From NCBI GenBank assembly GCA_024137785.1, contig JAHRHZ010000021.1, forward strand, positions 22,702,212 through 22,766,211: a stretch of DNA of 64,000 nt. The letters are read 5' to 3'. The notes below the pieces were generated by a model. The model worked only from the letters and a program-made list of their open reading frames with translations, was not told where the DNA came from and ran no database searches. Position numbers and translations under genes: made by a program. The stretch is from Ginglymostoma cirratum. Its lineage: Eukaryota. This document shows, in pieces, positions 37,901 to 49,295 of this stretch (within the stretch, counting starts at the first letter, position 1; every line of letters starts with the position of its first letter).

Positions 37901-39299
37901 GAAATTTTGGAATGTAATAAGTAGTGTTTTTATATTAAATATATCCAGTAAATACCGTAAGACCTTTGCCAGAAAAAGTGCCACGCTGAAATTAGCATAG
38001 ACATTTCTATAAATTGTGAATTTAAACAAATTACCAATTAGCAAATACTTTCTTTCACAATCTATTTAGTTATTCATACAAATGAGTGTAAAATGGTCAT
38101 AAAATAAATAACAAAATATTTATCATAAAATCTAAAATCTGTTTCTAGATGTCATCAGCGTACAGTGTGTAGCTAATGCAGTATGCAGTTACACTGCATA
38201 TGTTTACACTGATTTCTCACACAGTAACCTTCTGTTCTCATTTATGCCATCTGGTGGAGTTATTGCGCAGATGCCAAACACAGGTTGGCAAATCAGAAAG
38301 CAAATCACCCCAGGCTTTTGATAGACAACTCAAAATTAGGATTTATTTTTTCCTTTTCAGTTATATTCTCCTTATTACGTGAGCGGGGAGACGGCAATCA
38401 GCTTATTCTCATGTCCCTATCAGGACTATTATCTTATTGATAATAAGAGGTTGAGACCCTCCAGACTTGCAGGAGTAACTCAACAGTTACCTTTCTCTGA
38501 TACCTTTCCGTGATGACATACAGGAAGTGAACATTTCCTATATGGAGAATCGTGGCCTTAAATATACATGCTGCCAATTCAGTCTTTGACATGAGGTGGA
38601 AATTTCCCCTCCTTGATGTAGCAAGAGTAATGGCAAGAAACGTGTTAAAGTATGTCAAGAATGAAAAAGATCAGATTTTTGTTGTCAAGAAAAGTTTTCC
38701 CCTTGAGGCTTAAATGGTAACTTCAAACTTCAGAATCTTTCCCTTGAGTGATGACTCCCGTATTTCCATGTGTTTGCATTTAATTAAAACTCCCATTAAC
38801 TCTATTTTTTTCCCCACTTATTTTATTGTCTTCCATTGAGTAACTAAAAGGTGCAAATTCCCAACAATTAATTCAGAGTGGGTTCCTGGTCGTTGCAGCT
38901 TTGTCCTAGTCATCTTGCAATCTCCTCTTTGGATGCCCTTGCATTCGTAATGGTCACCATTCTCCATGACCTTACATGCGCATAAATCAGCAAACCACCA
39001 GCCTTGCGTCATCATCGCACTTGCTTTCAGTCCAACTCTCTCACTCCTCAGCTCTTTGGGATTTTACTTTGTAGTTCAGGGTCACCTTGCATGATACTGC
39101 CAGTTAATTTTGCGTACAAGAAGACACATCCATCCATGCAGCTTGTATCCACACACTCATCTATTGGTTCTCAACTTGATTTCTTAGCATTTACTCATTT
39201 TGTACTTAATTTGAAGGCTGCTAGTCCCTCTCTATTTCACATTGTTTTCTTAGCCCATACCTCCTGTCATCAGCATGTGTACCACCTTTTCCTAGCTAC

Positions 39300-39410
39300 T
39301 ATCAGCTCTGAAGAGAGGTCACTGGACTTGTTAAATGTTAATTCTGCTTTCTTTCCAGAGATGTTGCCAAACCTGCTGAGTTTCTCCAACAATTTCTGTT
39401 TTTGTTTCTT
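39300..39410 (+). mobile_element. Old Penelope pLTR fragment with decayed hammerhead core
   Basis: CTGAAGA-GAGGTC-ACTG-GACTT-GTTAAA-TGTTA, then agatgttgccaaacctgctgagtttctccaacaatttctgttttt; homologous to 27090-27191. Confidence 0.65.
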
Positions 39411-40504
39411 CCTAACTTCAGCACTGACTTACAGGCTGACAGCCTATGTGAAGGTCACATTGTGCACTCAGAAGACAATGTCTTCAATGCTCAGTTACAG
39501 GCTAGTGATCTTTGGCTTGCATTGCTTTTTAGTGCAGAAGAAGTGGTAGGCACCTTGTGATGGCGGAAAGCACTGAACAGTCAACTCATTGGTCAGATAG
39601 GGGGGTGAACATGTCATTGAATGGCATTATAAAATGTCAACATGAGACCCACAGCATGTGCCAGCAGTTTATGTGGCAAATGCACTGCATGTACTTGAAA
39701 AAAATAGTTATTTGTGAAAATCAGAGGGAAGCAGTACTTAGTGGATTGAATAGGGCAACAGTCAGTCAGGGATACTATCACACGCAGTCAGGGGCTCATC
39801 CTATTCCAGCTCAGGACATTGGTCTTGGTCATGGTCATTCAGACATTTAATTCTACCAGAGTCTGAGGATTGTGTCTTTGTAGTCCAGGGTTTGGGCCAC
39901 AGTCAACCCTGCAGGTCAACTGCAAGTATTTCGTGGCTTACGAGTAGACCGATTAGAGTACTTTAAGACATCAGTTTGTGGTCTGTTTGGGCTGTGCTGC
40001 CAATTCCGTCTTGGTGGTTTGGTCAGTAATGGTCAGGAGAGCAGTCTATGGAATCCTGGGGAAAGCAGGCAATTCAAGTCTGGGATGAGATTTGTTTTGT
40101 TGGATTACTGATTGCCCCTCTTGGAAGGACAATTTCAAGCAGTAGGGTTGTACTTCATAGTGAATAGGAGGGAACTAAGTGCCCTGGAAGGGGACACTTT
40201 AAATGGGTCACGGTAATGTGCCCTCTACATGAAGAGGATGGCAGGTGAGTAAAGCGATGGCAATTTTCAAAGACAATGCCTGTTATTAAGCATAGACTAA
40301 TAAATGTGTGCTCCTAAACCCAGTGCCTGCAACACACACGTTCTGGTTCACATATGTCATAACAATCTGAAGTAGACATCATTGAACTTTTTGTAAAGGC
40401 GTTGGTATGTGCTATGTGGTTGATATTTTACACTTTGCCATATTAATCCTAAAAGTCACAGTTTAATTATAATATTGTCACTAAGAGGTCATTCTATATT
40501 TCAG

Positions 40505-40612
40505 GTCTCCATTCAAAGGTCTGATGTGCTTGAGCTGAAGACTAGAATGTCACATTATGGTATGGCCAGGTACCAGTGGTTAACCCATGCCTGGAATTTC
40601 TTTCAGAGGGAG
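40505..40612 (+). CDS. TSPAN12: Tetraspanin-12, coding exon 5 (108 nt)
   Basis: atttcag|GTC...GAG|gtagac; [36 protein letters not shown]. Confidence 0.97.
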
Positions 40613-41689
40613 GTAGACTTTACAACTTGACATTAATCTATCAGTATGACCACTAAGTTTGCTTCTGTGGTGGAATGCAATATTCTTTAGTGATGTATGT
40701 ATTTATATACTTTATAAATTACATATTCTGCCTGGATTGTGCTGCCTGCTAATGGCACATCCATTACTATTAATTTGGAAGAGCACTGAGCAGAAAACAA
40801 AATGAGAATTATTTTATGGTAATGGAATCTAGAAACAGATTTTAGAAATTTGATGTCTTTAATGAGAAGTGCTTTTGCGAATTATTTTACATTCTTTTTG
40901 TGTCCAATTTATGAGTGAATGATTAATTGGAATACAGCAGATATGTGTCTTTTATGGGCAAATGATGTTTTTTTTTAAAAAGTTGAAAGCATTGTTATTA
41001 CATTCTCCCAAAGCCCTAATCATATTTTGTATTTATGGAAGAGTTAAGTGGAAAAAGGAGAAACTGAAAACTATTCACTTGTTTTCAACTCCAACAATAC
41101 CATCTTCAATAGAATAAACTGTTTAAAGAAGCTTTACAAAACAAAACTTGACAGTGAACCACATAAGGAGATACTGGGGTAGATAGTTTTAAGAAGCATT
41201 TTTTTAAAAAAAACATTGAGAGGTGAAAAACCTTCTGGGAAAGATTTCCAGAGCTTAGATCCTTGGCACCTGATGGTATAGTCACCAAGATGGAGCACAT
41301 ACAATAAAAGAGGTTAAGACACCAGAAAGTATCTTAGAGGAGTTCAGATTATCACATGGGGTGCAGCCTGGAGAAGATTGGAGAGATAGAGAGGGATGAA
41401 ACCATGAAGGGATTTGAAAATGACAATGCAACCTTTAAAATCTGAGTTTAGAATTCGATTAACTTGATGACAGAAAACCGAATCAGATATGTTTTCCCTG
41501 TGGTTTTGAATGAGTGGCTTCTTTCTATCAACTTCACATCAAATTTTCTGTAAAATATTTAAGTAGAGGTTTACTAATTATGAATTATTCTGAGGCTATG
41601 GTGTTATAACAACAAACTGAACTCTCGTAGCTCCTTTAATTTTAAAAATGACCTAATGAGCTGAACAAAAGAAAAATGGGTGAGCAGTG

Positions 41690-42600
41690 AGCCTTTGGAA
41701 GAGGTTTGGGAGGAATAACTGATGTACACAACTTTCAAGATGTGTTTGATAAAGTGCAGTAAAACAGGTTTGTCAGCAAAGTTAAAGCCAATGGAATGAA
41801 AGGGACAGTGGCAGCACAAAATCAAAGTCTGTTGAATGATTTAGGAACTAGCAGTTGCAAATTTTCTTTTATAGATTGGAGGAAAGTGTCTTGGGGAGTA
41901 CCCAGGAGTAGGGATTCGGACCATTATTTTTCTTGATCTATGTTAATGACCTAGTCTTGGGAGTGCAGTACACGTTTCAAAATTTGTAGATGACCCAAAT
42001 CTTTGAAATATTATGAACTGTGAGAAGGAGATTGATAGAGTTTAAGGGGACAAAGACAGGCTGTTTGAATCAAAGGGACAAGGAGGTATGTGTGCACAAA
42101 CCTTTGATTGTGCAGGCCAGATTGAGAATGCAGTACAATGCATGTGAGATCTTGGACAATGTAAATAGGGCAGAGAGTATAAAAACAAGGCACCGATAGT
42201 GAGCATTTGTAAAGCACTGGTTTGGCCTCAGAGAATTTTCTGCCCAATTCTGGCCACTATACTTTAATAATGATGTGAAGGCATTAGAGTGCAGAAAAGA
42301 ATTGAGGAGTATTCCAAAAACTGAGGGTCTTCAGTTCCGTGGATTAGGGAAGATTAGGGAAGCTCGGGCTGCTCAACATGAGAAGAAAAGGATGAAAGGA
42401 GAGTCGATAGAAGTTTTCAAAATTGAGTGATATGAGAAGATAATGGAAAACTGTTCCCATTGCAGGATAATTATCTGAAGAGAAAAAAAGTTGCATTGTA
42501 ACAGGGAAATGAATGGGGACTGGGACTAGCTTGGTTGCTTGTCCAAAATGGACAGAACAGATCTGCTGAAACTTTTCTCTCTGCTGCAATCATTCTGATT
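41690..42600 (+). mobile_element. CR1 LINE RT/3' fragment, degraded
   Basis: GVPRSRDSD (decayed GVPQGS) near 41895, KFVDD near 41980, ORF2 C-terminus. Confidence 0.7.
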
Positions 42601-42921
42601 CCGTAATGAATCACTTGAAGTTACTGTTGCATTTGGGGTACTAGGGAATGCAATTTTGGATGCACCAAGCTCCCATGAACAGTAATGTGATAAATAATGA
42701 GATAATTTATTTTGGTTTAAGAATAAATTGTTGGCAGTGGGTATCAGAAACTCCCTGCTATTCCTTGAATACAAACTTTTATAACAATTGAGAAGTTTGT
42801 TTTACGTGAAACAAAATAGGTAGCATTCTGTTTCACACAGTTTAAAAAATGTCATTGGATATAAAATTTATTCGAAACATTTCAAGAAACTTACAGCGTT
42901 GCCAATTTTACTTTTTTCCAG

Positions 42922-43065
42922 TTCAAGTGTTGCGGAGTGGCATACTTTTCAGATTGGTTGGAAATGACAGAAATGGAGTGGCCTCCTGACTCCTGCTGCA
43001 TTAGAGAATTTCCTACATGCTCTAAACAAGTCCTCAATGGGAATCATATTGATATTTATCAAGAG
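42922..43065 (+). CDS. TSPAN12: Tetraspanin-12, coding exon 6 (144 nt)
   Basis: ttttttccag|TTC...GAG|gtaagt; [48 protein letters not shown], with tetraspanin CCG and PxSCC motifs. Confidence 0.99.
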
Positions 43066-44849
43066 GTAAGTGGGCTAGCTTCTTGCAGCATTTATTAAAG
43101 AGACCATAATATCTGGCTAAGCAATTTGGCAAATGGTTTTAAGTAGGTGCATATCTCAATTCAAGTGAAGTGCACACTTTCTACATAATCTTCTAAAGGT
43201 AAGCTCAGTATAACAATTACGCTTAGCTCCAACTGTAGATTTGGATAGGTGCTGGAAGTGGAAAATTTATATGTAGTTGAAATTTAAATGTGATGTCATC
43301 AAATCAAGGGAGTGGCTGAATAGGGGATCTCTTTACAGTTTTGGAAAAGCTCCTCAGTTATTCCAACCCATTGGCACCCTTTACTAAGTTTGAAAAAGGA
43401 GACAAGCAAGGAATGCTATGTAACTGTACAATCTATGAGCATGTTTCTGTAGCCAAGCGATGGATCCATTTCATTTGATGGCTGCCAAAATGGTAGTGGC
43501 TGTATGAGGTGATTGTGTGCATCACAGCCCCATTTACCACTCAAGTGCATCATCCAAGTAGGCTAGCAGAATGCCTGGAAGAAAGTAGAAGCATGTTTTG
43601 AGGCTGCGGCAAATTGCAATGGTCATTGGCTGTTCCAGGCATTTATTTCATTTTATAACCAGTTGTACTTGCGACAGATGGCACCGCTCTGCATCTGACT
43701 ACTTGCTGATCAAAAGCCAATGAAGATGGATCCCTATGGTCTTTGCCAGTTGGCCGTACCAGCACCTGTAGATAGTTTTAGTGGATGCAGACAACTATTG
43801 ATCACCTTGGCGAGTTTTCTTTCATAAATTCTCCCATAGGATGATGCTGAAGTTGAACACTTTTGGATAGCCATTCACAGCAGCATGACTAGTAAAGCCT
43901 TTACATATGCTTGTGACATAAGTTTTTATTTTTGTTAATGTCTATTTCCATTTGAAATCAAAGTCTCTCCATGTACTAGGCATTTGCCAAAACAAGGAAT
44001 ATGCCTGGGGGTTCTGGCAGATGGGCACACTACACCTTTGCTGCCTGATTTGTGAGGCATCCATCTGTCTTTCCTAAAAATAAACTCAAATAAAAAGTGA
44101 TTCGGTGTCAGCAGACAGAAGCAAAATGCATTCAGGGTTTTAAAAGCTAACAGCAGGGAGGATGGTTGCATTTCAGTGAGATCCCACAAAGACATGGAAC
44201 CACCATACATTGTGGGCTAATGGGCATCTTGTGATGTCCAAGACATGGATGGAATATAGGGAGAGAGCTGCAAACTGTAAGGGGCTCAGGTAGTGGAAGG
44301 TAACCTTTTACAGGACTGAGACTTCCAGTTTTCTCAAGGCAGAGGATGGGTCAGTGGCAGGTTAGTGATGCCAGGGCAAGGCTAGAATGATTGGGGTTCC
44401 AACTTTCTGAGGGGAATCTCATTATTGCTTTCAGGAAAACGCATAAATGCGCTTCAAGTAACCCCAGCCATGGGCAATGCCACCATTCACATGAATGTCT
44501 TGCGGTGAAAAGGACACGATGGTGGAGTAAGGTGGAGACCAGGGCGAGACATATCCCAGGTTCAGTGCTCTGCAGGGGTTAATGGAGCAGGGTTGGAGGG
44601 AAGGTTTTAAAATAATGTGCTGCCTTAATGGATCATTGGTAAATCATCTGAGGACAATACTGTCGTGGCATGGAACAAACCTGGCCATCATACAGCTGAG
44701 GAGGTACTATCGCTGAACGAAAGAGGAACAGCACCAGCAGCCACAGCTTGTGCTAGGGTAAGATCCAGACACCCGGGTGCAATGGCGATTATGAGCATTG
44801 CCCTAATACAGAACGTACAGGAGTGCTGTACTGCACCTACCTTCAGTTG

Positions 44850-45500
44850 GCTGAATGAAATGCAGGAGGTGCCTCAGTGTGGGCTGAAGGTTGTGTCCTG
44901 TGGAAATTTACTTTTGGAAGATGACCTTCAATTGGAAGGACTGTGAGGCAGTTGTATTCAGGCTGCTCTGAAGGTCACCATGGTCCTGAGTTTTTCTGCC
45001 AATTGTTCATTCCAGGGCTCCACTAGGGATTCCTGTGGTATCTTCTAGTCAGCCACTCTCAACTGTTCTTGGGAGGTCACTGATGCTCTCTTCTGAAGAG
45101 GCCATGATTAGTGAGGCTTCTGTTGGATGCAAAGAGGCAGGCAGGCAGGCCAGTGGTATTTGTTGTAATAGCCAGTTTCCCATGGCTTCAAGAATACTGT
45201 AGATTGTCATTAAAATTCCAGCTGTTTTTGCCAACAGAATGGGATTCCACTCCATGAATGTGCGACTAAAATGTGACTATACCAGCCAAATATTCCAGGC
45301 TTGTGCACATGATGCAGGGAGTTCACACAACTTCCATATTCTGGAACACTGTCAGATGGTTGTAGTTATTAATGTCTCTGCTTGATTATAGGGCTGGCCA
45401 CTGGTAGATGAGGGCTACTCCCAGTATACCTAGCAGATGACAGTGGGGATGAGTCCTCCTATGGACAATGGAGAGAAGCCCGATGCTGCATAAACCTCCA
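44850..45500 (+). mobile_element. PIF/Harbinger transposase remnant
   Basis: ALKVTMVLSFSANCSFQGSTRDSCGI, FANRMGFHSMNVRLKCD, AGSSHNFHIL and GWPLVDEGY match the Harbinger motifs NRKGFHSxNVQ, PGSxHD and LGDxGY; broken by stops and frameshifts. Confidence 0.8.
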
Positions 45501-45814
45501 TGTGGACCATGATTGCTCATGCTGCAGATGTGGGTTAAGCTTTCCTGAGAAATTTATAAGGACATATATATTTTTCTTTGTTCGCTTTTTCCAAACTTTT
45601 AAAAACAAGCTTATTCTGTTGGGAATAGAAGCAAGGCCTCTGGCAGACGTCACAGGGAGGCGAGTCCCTGGACTAGAGCCCATTGCGAGGAGATGAGCCC
45701 CTGTTATGGGTAGGCGAGGCTCCTTGTGGACTGTAGGTTGTTGTGAGGAGGCAAGGCCTCCATTTTGAAGCCTGGTGTGCTCTGGAGGCTAGGTGCTGGC
45801 ATGGAGTGGTCATA

Positions 45815-46122
45815 GATCATAGAATTCCTACAGTGTGGAAACTTTGGCCCAACAAGTCCATACTGACCCTCAGAGCATTGCACCCAGACCCAGACCCAGA
45901 CCCATCCCCCTATAACCCACCTAGTCTACACATCCCTGAACACTACAGGCAATTCAACATGGCCAATCCACCTAGCCTGCACGTCTTTGGACTGTGAGAG
46001 GAAACCCATGCAGACACTGGGAGAGTGTGCAAACTCCACACAGACAGTTGCTTGAGGCTGGAATTGAACCTGGGTCCCTGGCACTGAGGCAGCAGTGCTA
46101 ACCACTGAGCCACCGTGCCACC
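45815..46122 (-). mobile_element. HE1/V-SINE-type SINE
   Basis: Reverse complement begins gggtggcacggtggctcagtggttagcactgctgcctca and ends ttctatga. Confidence 0.9.
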
Positions 46123-46588
46123 CAAACAACAATCGCTTTGTCCCCTGGTGGTCTTGAGCCACCAATCCTTTGGTTAACAGCAGATTGCACAAACTAATTA
46201 CACCACACAGATGGATAAACGTAGTGCCCCGTGTGAGGTGTGGAAGGACTGTAAATCGAATACTTTTTAAAAATCTTTTCCATTTTATTCTTTTTATTTA
46301 CTACTTTTTCTCTTTTTTTATACCAAATATTTAGGTGTCTTGTACCTAAGATGGCGCTGTAAGTGGCGACTTGTAAACTTTTCATTTGAGGACGTGTGAC
46401 AATAAAGCTAATTCATTTCAGTTCGGCTCATATAGAGTGAGGACAAAGAAGCAGGATTTGGCCAATCAGACTGTATAGTGTTCTCCACAGCTGTCTTTTA
46501 CCATGGCTGTCGTAACCTATCATCCTATTCCCTTAGTATCCCTATTGCTCTGGATATTTTTGTCTTCTGGAAGTCTCTTGTCATATTA

Positions 46589-46865
46589 GGGGTGGCGTGG
46601 TGGCTCAGTGGTTAGCACTGCTGCCTCACAGCACTAGGGACCCAGGTTCAATTCTACCCTTGGGCAACTGTCTGCTTGGAGTTTGCACATTCTCCCTGTG
46701 TCTGTGTGGGTTTCCTCCCACAATCCAAAGATGTGCAGGCTAGATGGATTGGCCATGTTAAATTACCCATAGTGTTCAGGAGTGTGTAGATTATAAGGGG
46801 ATGGGTTCAGGTGGGATACTCCAAGGGTTAGTGTGGATTTGTTGGGCCAAAGGGCCCATTTCCAT
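46589..46865 (+). mobile_element. HE1/V-SINE-type SINE
   Basis: ggggtggcgtggtggctcagtggttagcactgctgcctcac...ggttcaattc...tccaaagatgtgcagg. Confidence 0.9.
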
Positions 46866-48029
46866 GATTAGGTGAGCATATTCAGTGAATACACCACCAC
46901 TATTCAATTGATGGGCAATTCCAAACCTTCCCAACCCCCTGAGAGAATGAAGTCCTTTACATATTGGTGATGTATTGCCTACCTGTTATCCTGAGTGTGT
47001 TTTCTCTGGCTATGGAGACTGAGCCAGGGAAAAGACCTTTCCTGCCTCTATCCTGCAGAGCTTTGTCAGATTTTCTTTATGCCTCACATAGTCTCCTCTT
47101 TCCTGCAATGTAGTGAATACGGGCCCAATCTCCTTCATGTTTCCTTACTCAACAATCCACTGTGCCTATAATCAGTCTTGTGAGCTTTAGTTGCAGGGTC
47201 CCCACATAGGTCTAACCTACTCTAGGTAATGAGAACAACATGAGGCACTCATATTGTGGATGATGTGAAATAATAAATGATCTGTAGGTGGAAGACCATT
47301 CATCCAGCCATGCTGGCACCTTGTGGCATACCTGTGTGCAAGTGAGCATTTATTTATAGAAGTCCAAACTATAGATATTGAATAAATAGCCATGTCACAC
47401 AGATGCCTCATATCTCTTCCTTCTTTGCCCACCACTAGGCACTGCTCTGACATCTAAAGCTGTGGTGGTACTGATGCCATGTCTTGTTAATTGTGATGAC
47501 TTTGGCAGATGTCTTTTGATGGTATGGGGCTTAAAGGTTCGTAAAGGTGCTGCAGGTCTCCTGCACAAGTGCATTTCTCCCCTGCCTAACCTACTGGAGG
47601 TGATTGGGTCAATGGCAGAGGGGAGGTAGAAAGGCAGGGCAGCTCTGGGGTGCCTGGCTGGTGCTTCTCTTCCCTTTGGGTGTCCTTGAAGAAAAGGGGT
47701 AATGGGAGGAAGGCCAAGTTCCTTTGTCCCACTCTCGCTTTGCTATTGATTCCCAGCATCTGTGCCTATAGTGGTGGATTGCAGGTCTAAACACACATCT
47801 AGCAACCAACTGTGTTCTGCTGGACTTGGACCTTCAATGTAGCTACTACTCTTTCAATGGAAGCTTCCTGGAGCAATGACAGTACATAGATCTGGCATTG
47901 CCATGTCAGGTCTTTGGTCCTCCCAAGAAAGTGATTAACAAGTTCATTGTCCTGCAACTGGTAGAACCTGTGGTTGTACTGTCATTAAATTTTCAGAACA
48001 CATTTATTAAATTACCATGTCAAAGGTTA

Positions 48030-48490
48030 TTGAGGAAGACTTAAAGGGATCAGAATGCTTAAAATGCAGCTCCTAAAGCCAGTGTGTAGAAGACAGGGGA
48101 CGGTCTCAGACTTAATTTTGGGTAATGAAGCCAGGCAAGTGATTGAAGTATCAGTGGGAGAACATTTTTCAGACAGCAGTCATAACTCCCTTAGATTCAA
48201 GGTTGTTATGGAAAAGGATGGATCTGAAATTAACGTTCTATACTGGCGAAATGCCGACTTTGTATTAAAAATGAGATCTGGTATGATTTAGCCAGAGTGG
48301 ACTGTGAGCCGATAGTTTTAGGTAAATCTGTGTCAGAGCACTGGGGCACATTCAAGAAGGAAACAGGGAGAGTACAGGCCCACCATATTCCAATATAGAG
48401 GGAGTGGGACCAACAAATTCTGTGAACTCTGGATATCAAGGAGTATACAGGATAGGGTAAGGAGAGAAAGGGAAGCTTATGGCATATACC
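48030..48490 (+). mobile_element. CR1 LINE ORF2 fragment (end of endonuclease domain)
   Basis: DLILGNEARQVIEVSVGEHFSDSSHNSLRFKVVMEKD (decayed GxSDH motif). Confidence 0.75.
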
Positions 48491-48691
48491 CAGGAAGGAA
48501 CCCAGCATCAGGAAGGGGTGGACTGCTGACAGCCATCTGCTGTCCTTGCTTCCTACACCTCTCCACATTAACCCATCTAATGATGTCCCTTGTCCCTTGT
48601 GCTATTATTGGAAAGGTGTCCTACTGGAGTAACCACTATCTGCCAATGGTATCCCTCCTCAATAGAACTGCTACACTCTGGCCGGTGATAA

Positions 48692-49295
48692 GAGATAAAA
48701 GGTACTGCAGATGCTGGAGAATCCGAGATAACAAGCATGGGGCTGGATGAACACAGCAGGTCAAGCAGCATCATAGGAGCAGGAAAACTTGACGTTTCGG
48801 GCCTAAACCCTTNNNNNNNNNNNNNNNNNNNNNNNNNNNNNNNNNNNNNNNNNNNNNNNNNNNNNNNNNNNNNNNNNNNNNNNNNNNNNNNNNNNNNNNN
48901 NNNNNNNNNNNNNNNNNNNNNNNNNNNNNNNNNNNNNNNNNNNNNNNNNNNNNNNNNNNNNNNNNNNNNNNNNNNNNNNNNNNNNNNNNNNNNNNNNNNN
49001 NNNNNNNNNNNNNNNNNNNNNNNNNNNNNNNNNNNNNNNNNNNNNNNNNNNNNNNNNNNNNNNNNNNNNNNNNNNNNNNNNNNNNNNNNNNNNNNNNNNN
49101 NNNNNNNNNNNNNNNNNNNNNNNNNNNNNNNNNNNNNNNNNNNNNNNNNNNNNNNNNNNNNNNNNNNNNNNNNNNNNNNNNNNNNNNNNNNNNNNNNNNN
49201 NNNNNNNNNNNNCCCTTTTGATGAAGGGTTTAGGCCCGAAACGTCAAGTTTTCCTGCTCCTATGATGCTGCTTGACCTGCTGTGTTCATCCAGCC
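48692..49295. mobile_element. Second Penelope-like inverted-repeat insertion (spans a 400-N gap)
   Basis: Arms 48692-48812 and 49218-49295 are reverse complements, essentially identical to those at 4263-4912; flanked by a 16-bp direct repeat ctacactctggccggt (48671-48686, 49296-49311). Confidence 0.85.

Noticed and set aside
39004-39549. 181-aa ORF
   Set aside because: No recognisable protein; it runs through an old Penelope fragment and is probably a chance ORF.
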